64,000 bases of DNA, taken from the NCBI GenBank assembly GCA_973895155.1, contig OZ316895.1, forward strand, positions 17,092,170 through 17,156,169. Direction: 5' to 3'. The position numbers were made by a program, and so were the translations under genes. This document shows, in pieces, positions 50,939 to 64,000 of this stretch. Source of the stretch: Marsupella aquatica. Lineage: Eukaryota > Plantae > Marchantiophyta. Numbering within the stretch: position 1 is the first letter of the stretch; every line of letters begins with the position of its first letter. The notes under the pieces are model-generated. The model had not been told where the DNA came from. It saw nothing but the letters and a program-made list of their open reading frames with translations, and did no database searches.

Positions 50939-53169
50939 GACGTCGTCGAGCGCATCAAACGAAGAAAACTGTCTTCCTCTCGTGCCTACTGTTTCTCGAA
51001 GGGTGCCCAAGCTCAACGAGGAAAACACCTAGTACAGCAAACATTCGATCAGCGTCCTCTATCGATCTTCAATCGCGGCCCTCAGGACAGCCTTTGAGAG
51101 GAATTTGTAAGCTCATCGTTGCAAGGTCTAGCAGCGTCCTCTACCACTCTTCAAGTGTGGACCTCCATGGACAGCCTTTGTGAGCATTCTGTGAGCTCGT
51201 TGTTGCGAGGTCTAGCTATGGCGACGCACATTGACAATGAGTCAAGTCACGAGTAGGAATAGAGCTGTGCTTACAGAACGTCGATAATCTACGGTAGGCC
51301 ATGCGCCGTCAGCCTCGTTTACGTTCGCCGTCGGTTTGGTTGCACCCCTGGATGTGGAGTGGGGGCGTCATGGAAAACGGGTTCTATAGGGCAAGGTTCC
51401 ATGGGGCTAGGAGTGAGGGGTGTACAAACACTATATGACTTTCCCTCACTCCATGTTAAACTCCCCTGTATAGTATGTATAGTAACAGTGCAGATATATA
51501 TGAAAGTGCCAAAAAGCACAAAAGCCAAACTCAGGAGATAGGGTCCCAAAGGCAAAGCAACCCAATAAAGGGAAAGAAACACTGCAGAGCATTCTCATTG
51601 TTCTAAAATCAAAACTAATATATTTAAAATACTATGCACACCTTGGCATAAGGCATATTTGGGTCCAGGGGTGTAAGGGAGTGATTGTATTCCTTGCCCC
51701 TGGCCCATGCAACCTAGCCCTTACCCTTGCCCACAAATGCAAGTGCAGGCCTGCGAAGGTTGGGTTTAAGGGCTGATGCAAGAGCCAACGGCCATGTGAG
51801 CCATTTGCATCCCCATTATTTTGGCAAAAATCTCTTATCATTGATAACATAATCTCCCACAATCTGCATTCACAGCAGGTGTAATGGCTATTTTGTTCTA
51901 TTCCCTAACCAAAGGTTGGGACCTGCAAGGGTGGCTTTTTTGTTTTGATCCCTAACCAAAGGTTGGGACTTGCACAGACCAGAAAGTTTCTAGCCTTTGC
52001 CCTTGGGTCTGCCTAATGAGGGGGGCTTATGAATTGAACGATGACATCTTTCAGTTTGAGGGCCGCATAGACAAGGGCCCATGACATGCAAGTTGGGCAT
52101 AAGTGTCTGCAATGGACCTCATTTAATTTAACTAAGATAAAGCATAATCAAAGACTCACTGGGCCTATTGTCTAGAGTGAAGCCTCTACTCAACTCCAAC
52201 TGAGGACATAATTGAAAGTTAATATGTAGACAAGAAAACACTGATGGGGGAAAAGATGAACAAGAAATAACATGGACCCTTTTCCTGCAAAGTTTTTTTT
52301 TCCCTCCTTGTCAAGCTAGTATTTGCAATGGGTGCACAATCTGGGGTCTCCAATCTCAAAATTTGATAGACCTCATATTTGCAATGGGTACACACCAGAG
52401 AGTATCTTAGACCAATTTGTTTTTTAAAGACTACCAAATTCATGATCCAGAAATATGGTTTAAAGACCAGGGGGGAGAAAAAAACACTATTTCATATCCT
52501 TGTGAAAAAGTGCCATTTGTTTATGGCCCAAAGCCATCATCCATAACAACCAAAGTTTATAAACCAAAGTACAATGAAAGTAGTTAGAAAAAACTATAAA
52601 AACAATGTTATTAATGGGAGTCATTACCAGTTGAATGGAAAATGAGTACCAAAATCTACAAGTATAATAAGGTATCCCCCTTTTTTTTCCTTGGTCCCAA
52701 TACAAAAAAGCTCCTGGGTGAGAAAAATGGGTAGCCCTTAGATTCGTTTGGCTGTTTCCCCTCATCATTGATAGAGAAAATGGGCACCCCTGATACATAT
52801 GTGTTTGGCTGTTACCTCTCATCATTGATGGAAAAAAAATGGGCACCCTTGGTGCATATGTGCTTCCCCTGCCTGACTCCTTATGGGTCTGCATTCCTTG
52901 TGCAACGCAGGCATAGGGCTAGTTTATAATGAAAGGAAAGAAAAACAAAGTACAATATTCCTTGTGCAAGGCAGGCATAGGGCTAGTTTATAATGAAAGG
53001 AAAGAAAAAATGGTACAAAGAAAAAGTATGAAAGGAAAGAAAAAGTGGTACAAAGAAAAAGAGGTCCAAAGAGGCCCCTAAACCGTTTGTTGGCTCGAAA
53101 GCTTTCCTTCCCTCCTCAAGCGTCTCTCCCTCCCTCTAAAGCCCGTCCTTCGACGAGAGCGGGATTCTG

Positions 53170-53470
53170 CTCAGGCCGCATCAGAATTCTGCTTCGCCAC
53201 ATCTGGAATCGAGTAGTTTGATTTCGTTGGCTTCTTCCGTCCTGTGCCATGGCATTTGGCTCCGCAAGATTTGGAATCGAGTAATTTGATTTTTGTAGTC
53301 TCCTTCTTTCCTGTGCCGAGGAATTTGGCTCCGCAAGATCTGGAATCGAGTAATTTGATTCTGTAGACTCCCGTCTGTCCTGTCCTGTGCTGAGGAATTC
53401 CGGTCCGCCACATCTGGGATTGAGTGAGGTATTTGATGTCTTATAATTAGAGTCTTTCCGTCCTGTGCTG
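53170..53470. repeat. Tandem array, about 4 copies of ~70 bp, in the TBCE upstream/leader region
   Basis: AT(C/T)TGGAATCGAGTA.TTTGATT...TCCTGTGC at about 53201, 53269, 53338 and 53412. Confidence 0.88.
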
Positions 53471-53725
53471 AGTGGTTTGTGTACGTTTTGGCTCTACCGA
53501 GCTTGGCATTGGAGCAGTATTGCTTTGAGCTCATGGTAGGAATTCAACTCCAATTATCATATTCGCTCGAGAATACCGGTTCGTTTGTTTGAACTTGTTT
53601 CACAGACCGGCATTGCATTGCATTCCAGTGATGACAGCGAACCGAAGACAACAATAACACCGATTCGGGTTTTTGAGGTTCTTGCACTGATCCGCATTCC
53701 ATCGTGTTTTAGTGATGAACGCAAA

Positions 53726-56700
53726 ATGATGGCGTCCGGAGGAGAGAACGATGCTGAGGAGGTGAAGCCCGGATTCGTGGTGGGACAGCGAGTGCAGAGT
53801 TTGACTCCTGAAAAGAACCCTGAAAAGAAGATTAGTCCTCAACTGGGAACGATAAAGTACATCGGGCCTGTCGATGGTTACGAAGGACTGTGGATTGGCG
53901 TCGATTGGGACAGCGGACAGGGCCGCCACAATGGTACTGTCAATGGTAGACATTACTTTGAAACGAGTGAGGAGACCTCAGGCTCTCTCGTGCGGCCGCA
54001 CGCTATCAGCGGTGGTTGCACCTTGTTTGAAGCCCTCGATCGCCGATATTGCAACTCTTCAGCAGGCTCGCTTAAGGACTCAGAAGAAGGTCAATACATT
54101 TTCTCGTTTTGCTCTTTCTGTTCTCCGTCTCTTGTCGTCCACCAAAGCAAATGCAACATCGCCAAGAGACTTTGTTGAACGAACTTAAGTGCGTATATCT
54201 AATTCAACGAGTTTTTCCTTATGAATTTGTATGGTTTAGCTGCTGTAGCCACTTTGCTGCTCTTGGAGCTCTATCAGGGTCGACTTCCTGCTCCTGCTGT
54301 GCCCGAATCCTCCTGTCCTTGACTTCAATTCTCTATCAATCTTGGACTTTCATGTCTTTTTCCGTGAGAGGTTTTACAAATAAATAAATTGGGTTCAAGC
54401 TGTTGTCTGCTGGCAGATGATCAATGTGGATTCAACCACTAGGATGGCCAATTCCTGACTTCAGTGCCTTTATCACCCTCAAGATTTTGGTTTGTGAAGG
54501 AGGGAGATGGAGAGATGAGTGAGGAACACCTTTGGCAGGCGGGCACTAGTTTTCCAAACCAATCCGTGATTGTTATCTGAAACAGAGGACTGCAGTGTCA
54601 AACATGCGTCGGCGTCACTTGATGACGTTGTATTGCTCCCTTCTGTTCACTCTCACCCTGATCCTAAGACTCCAGTTAGCTCGATTGCTTACATCCTTGC
54701 TGTTGCTTCTGAATGTTATCCCAATAGCTGGTGTCGTGTCGAGCTCTTCCCCCGTATCATGTTCCGACTTATGTCATTAGTGAGCGACAAAGCCCTTAAC
54801 CGTTGGATTTTCACCGTCCGTAAAGCTTCACGAAGTGTTCGCTCACTATTGTTGTCGTCCTTTGACGGTCTGCAGAGACCAGAATGAATGCCATAGTTTC
54901 CTACTGTGTATTTAAAGTTTCCTGCCTGCCAGTTCGTCTGGAAATTGAAATGTGCGGTTATCCCAATCGTTATATATCCCTTTCTGTGAAAGCAAAGCTC
55001 CAGTTGATCTGTATGACGAGCACCGCTAAAACATCATTCTGGTAATCCTGAGATCCCAAACCCTCATTTTTTGAATATTTGAAAAATATATGTAGAACTT
55101 GCAGTCTTTGTTTTCACTCCTCCTCTAGCATCACATAATGATGGTAATCCAAGCCTTCTTATGGTCCCAACCCAAGTTAGAAAGCATCCTGTTGGACCGG
55201 AGTGTTATTAGCCCGGTCAATAAATGCGTCTCTGCTTGGTGGGCACCTCGGCCCCTGTTCACAAGATTTCAAACATTCTCTCCCTCTTTGAAATCCAAAG
55301 GCTGTAGCCTCCTCCACCGCAATTTGATGTTAGCTGTCTCTTCAGAAAATGAACAGGCAGGAATTGAAGCCATCTTTCTTGTGATGGCTAGCAATTCCTT
55401 TAATCTCTTGCACTCTAGAGTCTACTTTTCTTGTCATCTGATGTCGTGTTTGTAAGCGTATCCTATATCGTTGATCGTACTAACAGTAATTTAACTTTAT
55501 GAAGTCATCGGACTTCATCCAAGGTCGACGCTGCTAACTTGGTGAATTGTTATAATGATATCCAACGGTTTTACGTTAAAAGTGATGTGCAGTTTGATCC
55601 TGATTTCCTTGAGGTGATAGATTTGTTCAGTTCATATCCCAGCACCAACCAGATATTTCTTGCAGATGATATGTATGTCCTGTCAACAAGACACAGGCGC
55701 ATGACTGTTGAGTTAGTGGGGAAAAGTCAGATTGAGGCGAGGCAGAAACAACTACAGCATCTTCTAGCTGCGACTCTTGCATATGCTGGAGTTAGCTCTG
55801 CTGGCACTCCCGGTCAATTTCGGTCTCTTGTTCCAAGTACGTCGTCATACAATCCATCTTTCCCAACACATCTTCTTCTTGACAATTACTTTTTGATCTG
55901 CCCAAAAAATGAAATAGCCCTGGCAACAAATGACTATAGTTCTTGCTTCGCTGGCTCGTCTTTTGTTTGCAGACCTGAAAGAATTGGACCTGACCGGGAA
56001 TTTGCTCCCAGATTGGCTTGTAAGGACATCATGACATCAATTAGTACTCATTTAGTCTGATAGGCTACTTTCAACAGGGATCTTCCTTGCTTTGGATAGG
56101 TTGGAAGGTTCAAAGCGCATGTAGCAGTTTTGTCGACTTTTACTACTTTTAATACCATTTTCAACGTATGTGAATAGTTTGTCTATATTAAATACTCAGT
56201 TTGGTTAGATTGATGGCTAAATTAATGAGAATATCAAGCTAGGAAGCCTCATCAACAACTGAAGGGATTTCGTTTGTGTCCCGGATGAAGCTGCATATAT
56301 TATGATTGTCTCCAGATTTTTTTACTTGATGTTTTGAAGTGCAGGCTGTTGGGCAACTATGCGCAGAGTTGCCCAAAATTCAAATTTTGAACCTGAGTAA
56401 CAGCCGCCTAGACATTCCAAAAGATTATACGATGCAGACGTTCAATATTAAAACTCTTGTACTCAACAATTGTAACATCACTTGGACGGAGGTCGATGAT
56501 CTCCTCCATTGTCAAAATCTGAGAGTTGTTTGCTGATCATTGCCCGTGATTGAATTTTTCAGCTATAGCCTATCCTTAATGCCTTTGAAGGGAGAAAGGG
56601 GCTATGCCTCTGGACTCCTTTAAAAAATATTGTTATCAAATTTTCCATCCTAGCTGTGGGGTTTTGTCAGACCTTGTAATGACCTCATCTCAAGATGTCT

Positions 56701-59700
56701 CCGGCAATTTGATATCTTGCAGGTGGAGCAGTTGAAAAGATCTCTCAGTTGTGTCGAGGAGCTTCATTTATGCGGAAATAAAATAGCATCAATTGAGGTA
56801 GCTGTTGTAGGTTTGGTATTTGAGATCCCTCCTAAAGGGTGTTGCGCTCATTTTCCTTGTGCTTGTTTTTTCTATTCTAATGCTACCTTGTTCTGGCACA
56901 GTCATAACTCTTGCTCGTCATCAAATAATTTCAAGCAAGAGTACAAGGGCTTGTATTACTGTGCTTCATAAATAATTTCTTGAAGTAAGCTTTGTTTGGT
57001 TGCATTCTGTGCTAAGTTAACGTTGTCTTTATGGTAGGTGACCACCGAGCACGATTCCTCATCTGCTCGGGACATTCATGTCCAAGGATTTGATTCATTG
57101 CGTTTGTTGAATTTGGAGAACAATCATTTAGCAAATTGGGAGGAAATTATGAAGCTTTCTAGACTTGAAAGGTGGTTCCTTCCTCCTTATTCTTGTCATT
57201 TCCTCCCAGTTTTGCAACAAGTGCCGCTTATTGGAAACGGGGGAAGCTCTAGATAGCCTGGACTTTTGCGATCGATTGTAAGGTACTCTTACCTTGGGTT
57301 CAATTGTGCAGGCTGGAGCATCTCAATCTGAACTCGAATTGTATTAAAGAAGTTTATTATCCAGGATTTCCTATTACCTTTCAGGACAAAGATCCCAGTA
57401 CAATTGGGCACTTTCTGAGCTTGCATTGCCTCCTGCTTGGTAAGCATCCCACCTTTTTATGCGTCGTGTTAAAAAAAGTCGGGGTAGCTATTTTTCCAAT
57501 CTTGGAGTTCAAAGTCATTTAGGAGAGAAGGCTCCAGAATCGTACTTTTACTGCCAAATCAATATGTTATTGTTCTACACTGTGATATATTGAAGGTAGA
57601 TTTGAGCATTTTTTGAATGAGGTTCGTTTTGCAACTTTAGACATAGAACCCACGCAGCACACTAGCATCTCATTAAGGACCAGTTTAAGGGATTTGGGTG
57701 CAAGATCCAGTCAATGACTGGGAGATTACGGCTTATATAGAATTGTACAGATGTTGAAGCTCCGAGGATTTTTGCATGATTGACCCCCGCTAAGTTCTGA
57801 AAAACGTAGTCTAAAGGGTAATTCACCGCCATCCTGATCTGAGTCAGTAGGATTTCTGCATCTCCTTTTCTTGTCCAGCAGGTTCTCTGCCTCCATATTG
57901 CATAAAAGTTCAGTTTATGGGAAGCTTGCAGGGAAAAATATGATATCAGATTGGGTTTCCATTGATGCGTTGGACAAGTTTCCCGCCCTCCAGGTAACAT
58001 GACATTTCTCGAATTATCACCTGAGCGGTCTTGGCTATAGCGGACTATGTTTTTTCCGCCAAATGATGGGCCGCTTGGTTGTGTCGTGTCAGTAGAACTT
58101 CATTAAGTACAATAGATGATAGAGGTAGGCATTAACTGAGACCAATGGACACGAGATATTTATCCTCGTAAGTCGTGCAGGCGTGGGTTATCACATACCG
58201 GAATGAACTCTTATCCGTTATGGTCAACTTCGATTCGAAGCGTCTAGTAATCCATTACAGCCCATCTGAATATTATTAAGGAATAGCTAATACCCTGAGC
58301 ACCAGTTTTGGACACATCCCATGGAATTAGAATGGAGATCCGTTGCCTCGCTTGCATAACTTTGTAACAACTAGTTTTGCATTTGGTCGCACCCTGCATA
58401 CCTCCATCATCCACAAACTACTCCAAATTATTATAGATCCGAGTGCAAGGACCCTTTGGGCTTGCTAGGATGCAAACCTTGTATCGTTCCTCAAAGAGAC
58501 GAAATCAAAATCCCTGTCCTTAGAAATGAAATAGTAGGAATTCTTTTAGATTTGTGTAGGCACTGGGATATGTTTTTAAGAACATGGCCCTACAGTGTTG
58601 ATGGATTCTAACAAACTCTCATCCGCCGGGTTTCCTTGTCCTGGCAGGAGGTGCGCCTATCTGAGAATCCGATCACCACTACTTCCAGTGGTTGTGCTCC
58701 TCGATATATGCTTGTAGCTCGTATTCGGAAAATCACAAGCCTGAACGGAAGCGAAGTATGGTTTATTCCGGAGTTTTTAATTTGAAACCAAGAGTGATTG
58801 AGTAGGTCGTTAGACAAGTTACTGTAGCACAGAATTAAGATTTTGTGTTTTCCTGATTCATTTCCTTGGACTTGAATTCAACTTACGGTTCGATACGCAT
58901 TGAAAATTTTGATTGAAACTACAGTAATGCACAAGTCAGTTCGAGCAGTGTTTCTGACTTAATTGTTTCTGCTCTGGCCAGATCAAAGCAAAGGAGAGAA
59001 GAGATGCTGAAATCAGGTATTCGTCCTAACTAGACAATGTCAAATAGAATGGGAAGGAGTAGAGCAGCTTGTAGCTAGACAAGGTTGTGTATCGAAGGAC
59101 CACCTAAGAGTCAGGGCTAACCATGCAGATATGTCTTTTTTGGACGGATCTGGATACTTCTCGAGAGGATTATGGCAGTTTGTTACATCTGTTTTCAATT
59201 ATCCATGGTCATTCTACCACGTTGTTCAGATAGTTCAATGAACCTCGTTGTTCAAAGATTTCCAGTAGAGCTGCTCAGGTTGTATCACCCTGAAAACAGA
59301 TAGTATCTCAACTCATGCAGCCTCTGATGCTGAAGGACATGTAATAATTTTTGCAGATATGTTCGGTATGCTCTGAGTAGTAACAATGGAAAGACGATTG
59401 CCGAACTGGAAAAGTTGCATCCACGGTAAAGTCAGTCATTCGCCGGCGAAATAAAATGAAAATTCTTTCCTGTAAATGTGGAGAATCTAATGCAAACTGG
59501 CAAATTATCTTTCGTCGCTTAGCTAATGGATAACGGGAGCCATTTTGACGACTTTGCCTCCACTGACCTTAAAATGTTTCCAAGATGACTGGACTTTCCT
59601 GACAAGCGAGTCAGGAACTTTGTGTGTCATGTTTCGGTTATATAGGAACAATCCTGATGTGGAAGGGCTCTTGTTTGTCAGCACTCTTGTAGGAACTCGT

Positions 59701-61921
59701 TTTATCTCGAAGGAGGATTCTCCTAGTTCTTGATGCGACATGGGTGGAGTAGCACTCATTTCCCAGAAGATGTCAGCAACTCTCTGTAGGGATTCATGTT
59801 TTGTCGAAGGAGGCTTCTCCTAGGTTTTAATATGGCATGAAAGTGTATTCCTCTACTTAAATACTATCTGGTCATACTTTACAGTTTCGCTGAGCTACGG
59901 CGCTTTCATGATGTTCCCGTGGAGTCGGTACAAATGGATGGAGCAGACATATCTCAGAAGATGTCAGCAACTCTACTTCGTAAGTCGTCACTCTCACATC
60001 CAATTTTTTCAAGAATGAACAAACTTCCAGAATAATAGAGATCAATCAAGGGCTGAAGGCATCATCATAAGTTTGGTCTGGTTGATTGGAAATCTGTGAC
60101 CCGAGGGATGCTTTCTAATTTGGTATTGGGTGCTTTCGCAACACTATCTCTCCCTTGCAAAAGGCAGCGTTGAAAATGAGGGGAAAATGGCTTGGGTCTC
60201 GCTGCACAGTTTTAATTTATTCAAAGATAAGCTCTCCTGCACTGTTTTGCTAATTTGACATCAGATGTTAGCTTCAGGAGACCTGTTTTGGTTGATTCTC
60301 GATGTAGCAAGCAATGAAATTGCGTATCATCTTCCCTCTATAGCACTATACTGCTATGCAAATAGTTCCTAATCGCACACATGACTCCTAGTGTGCTGTA
60401 GGCGCGATCTAAATACTTAGTACTAGAGATGCTCTAATCACTCCCCTTTAAAGCTTTCCAACAGTCTTTGTCCTCACTGCCTCTCCAGTCCCTCGGACTG
60501 CAATGTTCATGGTACAGAGAGTTGAACCCATGTCCTTAGCGTGTAAGAAGTAGCTGTGGCCCTCAGCCCATGCTCAGATACTCAGAGTCAGGATTAATAG
60601 AGGAATATTTGGCAGACACTTTAAGTGAACTTGGCCTGATGTGTGATTCTCTATGTGCAGCAATCAAGATTCTCTGCGTCGCTTCTTCTCTAGGTGAAAG
60701 GCCACCCTTCACTAAGAGACTGCCAGCATCCACAACGGTCTGTATTTTTACCTTATGGCAGTTTGGTGATCTGCCTATAGCTAGAGCGCATTGGTGTATG
60801 GCGTAGTTATCCGTCGCCGATTTGTAGGCTGATTCTATTGACTGGTGTCGTTGGCGTCTAACAACGTTGCTGACCTACACTGTGACTGGATGATATGATT
60901 GAGCTCCGGAAAACTTCCTGTGTATAGGTTGGCAAACTGAAGTTGATCTGTGAGAGATTATTCAAATTTAGCGCTGCCAAACAACGACTCTACATCAAGG
61001 ATCAAGTGAGTGTTATTATTGGTTGACATTTGTACTCCTTGCAACCCTGTCTCTTTTCTCAGGAGGTTGCTCTCGATTGTCTTTTTTTTGTATGGCGAGT
61101 CTCAGTACCTGCTACGGAATCTTGTCTGTATTGAAAAGTTATGCACTATTGGCACCGTGCACTGTATAGATAACGGCATTTACAATCTACTCTTGATTTG
61201 TATCGTGGAAGATTTGTTTTTCCTAGTTGGAACGCCATGCGACATTTGTTGCTTGACTTTCTCTATATTGTTAAAGAAAGCAAGTAATTTGGCTACCCAT
61301 CTTATCCCAGGAGCATTTTCCTGTGACTGATTGTTGAGAACAAGAGCAGGACTCATCCACTGTTGTAGGTCACTATAGAAAACCTTTTTTGTTTATGGAA
61401 AACTGATAAAGCTGCGAAGCAATGATCCTGTCTGCAATATCAGTAGCTGCAATATCAGTAGCTTCAACAGTCGTACGTACTTGTCTAGGCAGAAGTGATG
61501 TGAGTCCAGAAACGATTATATTGGATTTATTGTAATAATTCAGCTAGTGTGTACGGAGAAAAAGCCAGTAGCCAGGAAGGAACTGTTTATGTTCGTTTTA
61601 TTAAACTGCAACTTCTCACTGAAGCTAAGAGTCGCTAACTTCCCGAAACAGACTCTGTACAAGAGAGGATTCCTTTGAATAATTTCGCCAAATTGGGAGA
61701 GAGATTTTGGTTTCTGCCGCATCAGTTACAATAGTTGTTTGTATCGCTTGGCAGTACCGTAGAATATCACATTTTAGTCCGAAGCCAGTATGATGATCTC
61801 TGTCGCGCTGTGATTGCTGTAGGATCCCCTTCCAGTCCTAATGGACAACGACTTGGAAAGTCTTAATGACTTGGGCATTGGAGCAGGTGCGGTCATTCTG
61901 CTGGATGAAGCTGAAGCCTAA
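53726..61921 (+). CDS. TBCE: Tubulin-folding cofactor E (PFIFFERLING-like): CAP-Gly, LRRs, ubiquitin-like domain
   Basis: 15 in-frame exons: 53726-54089, 55666-55836, 55973-56019, 56345-56491, 56723-56797, 57038-57171, 57312-57439, 57932-57993, 58648-58755, 58982-59016, 59357-59425, 59885-59979, 60661-60737, 60928-61005, 61823-61921. CAP-Gly GTIKYIGPV..WIGVDWD..GRHNG; LRRs (LKELDLTGN, LRLLNLENN); LNGSE-IKAKERRDAEIRY; KRLPASTTVGKLK. Confidence 0.95.
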
Positions 61922-63778
61922 GAGTCGGTTTGGCCATGTTTAGGATAATGATCTCTCGGACACGTCTGGGTTTGTTGAGCAATGTCTAGCGTGCTGATCT
62001 CTAGAATATCTGTGCGTTGGTTGGACAATGTCGACGGTGGTAGCTTATTCCTGCATCCGAAAGAACATACAGCGTTGGTACAGTGTGTCATAGGATGGCT
62101 GCAAATAGCAATCCAGGACCTGTTTCTGCTCTAGAACCCAGGTGCTATTCCAATTGAGTTCTTGCGATATTGAATGGAATACTACTCACCTGCTAGTGAG
62201 TGCTACAGCTGACGTGGTGGGTTTCTTTTGTGAAATAGTGATGTTAGACATGCAGGACTTATATCGAAATGTCCGTTTTAGGTTCATATCTGATGTTCTG
62301 ATGATCCTGAAGAATTGTTGCCTTTACGTCGTCTTATGACCCGGGAGTGATGTATGTCTCTGATTTCAGCGATGATACTTTATGTTGTAGCACATCTTGA
62401 GAAATGTTCCCAGTAAGCGTTCCTTTATTAAAATCATGGATATCCCTTGCTCAATTTGCATGATGATAACGCCATGTATATCATGACTATTGTTGTAGAG
62501 AGGACTCCCCGAGCTCATCATTCGTGTTGAGCTAAGAACACGCTACTGTCGCGCGATTTTAGCACAAACATTTTGGTGGTCATGTGTCTCTTGGCTGCTA
62601 TCTTGAGTGGTCATTGGTTGCATGCGCGACATTGGAGGAAATCTACAACATGTAGTCATCACCCATGTGGTACTGGTGGTGCACAATGTCAAAACCAAGC
62701 ACTAGGAAAAGCTTCATTTTATTTGTTAAATGAATGCGGCCCATTATAATTTAGTCGTTAATGTCATCAATGTACTCCAAGACGAGAGTCACGACCCCAA
62801 GGGTGGCAGACGATAATCGCCACCCAAATGTGGCATATGAAACTGATTCGAGAGCGACTGGCGGTAAAAACCAATTCCAGGCAAGTATAATATGCCATTG
62901 CCAGAACTCAACCGATGGTGACAGGTGCACATATTACCTTTGGGCATACAGGGAAAAAGCACTGGCATCATGTACTTGGAAGAATTCACTGGAACTACAA
63001 GTGTCATGTGGAGGGTCATAACAAACCAAAGATGTGATTTACAGCAGCTAAATTTCCAATAACATCTGCAGACAATCATGTCCTCAAGAAATAGAATAGC
63101 GGAACATCGGTGGGCTTGTTTCACTTGTGGTCTTGCCAAAGGATGAGTGTCGGTACACTCCTTGGAGAGCTAGGAAACAGTGTCTCTTGGAAAGCAAGAG
63201 AAACAACGACAGGACCTTTCAACTAACACCAGCGCTTGTTCATTCCAGAGACCCAAAGGGACTGGCATTTGATGACACGTTCAAAACATCCGAGTATCGA
63301 GCCAAGTATTCGACGGTCGTGTTGGCCGCAATGGCTCTCCCCAACAATGCAATGCACTTTCTTGGTGTTTCAGTCAAAATGAAGCTTCAACTCAAATGGA
63401 TACTCCTGGCTCGTGACTGACGTGTGGGATCTAAAGTGGATCATGTTAAGTGCACCAGAAATTGACCCATGGAACACTGCTAACAATACTCCGAATCACC
63501 AATACATTCTTCGCTACCAAGGTCCATGCATTGGAAAAACAATTTCTTCACTGAAAAGATGCATCTAAATAATTGAGAAAGTATGGTCGACATGATATGA
63601 AAGAATATAGGTTGCCCCTGGATGCACAAACCATCCAACTTGTAGGAACAAAATTTGAGAATTCTCGATGTTGCCAGTAGGGCACACATCCCTAAAGCCT
63701 GCATCCCGAGTTCCGTCTAAGTTTATCTTTGACCAACTCCAGGTGAGATCATGGTAGCCACTGTTTCAAGAGTAATAC

Positions 63779-64000
63779 CTACTTTTCCCGAGTCTTATCT
63801 GCTACCTTTCCTCTCCCTTTACCTTTCTCCTTCTCTTTCTCCTTCTCCTTTTCGCCCTCCTTCTCTTCACCGTCTTCTTTGTTTCCACCCATCAGCTCAT
63901 CGACACAAAAACAATATAGCTCTTGATGAAGTTGTTGCCATTGCTGCCCATTGTTCAAAGCCCTTCGCAATTCGGATCGCAACCGTTCCAACTCCATTTG
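63779..64000 (-). CDS. 3' end of a probable RID3/WDR18 (Ipi3-like WD40) gene, truncated by the window edge
   Basis: Coiled coil MELERLRSELRRALNNGQQWQQLHQEL resembles, from memory, the C-terminus of Arabidopsis RID3; it is followed by a KE-rich tail and a stop at 63779-63781. The WD40 region lies outside the window. Confidence 0.65.
   Translation of the reverse strand, partial: QMELERLRSELRRALNNGQQWQQLHQELYCFCVDELMGGNKEDGEEKEGEKEKEKEKEKGKGRGKVADKTREK

Noticed and set aside
54415-54715. Box C/D snoRNA candidates in TBCE intron 1
   Set aside because: Imperfect boxes, no convincing terminal stem and no rRNA complementarity recognised.
1392-64000. Functional or biosynthetic gene cluster
   Set aside because: The genes belong to unrelated housekeeping pathways; no shared pathway and no sign of horizontal transfer.

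Overview
Eukaryotic, intron-rich land-plant nuclear DNA; a bryophyte/liverwort source is my inference from gene style, not demonstrated. Most entries in the ORF track are spurious or single exons, so genes were reassembled by hand from GT-AG splice sites. Seven complete genes: MSL1-like mechanosensitive channel (-), CCCH zinc-finger/G-patch protein (+), homocysteine S-methyltransferase (+), proteasome beta-3 (-), group-C Raf-like kinase (+), a small basic putative mitochondrial protein (-) and tubulin-folding cofactor E (+). The 3' end of a probable RID3/WDR18 gene (-) sits at the window edge. A decayed Ty1/copia retrotransposon with both LTRs spans 31873-37490, and there are many short tandem duplications and minisatellites. 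No CRISPR array, rRNA or intact tRNA was seen, and I cannot support a clearly new multi-gene system. Best leads: a ~445-bp foldback bracketed by identical 94-bp direct repeats, a non-RD (HLD) Raf36/HT1-type kinase with a uORF-rich leader, an intronic miRNA-like hairpin, and unrelated tandem arrays near the 5' ends of most genes.
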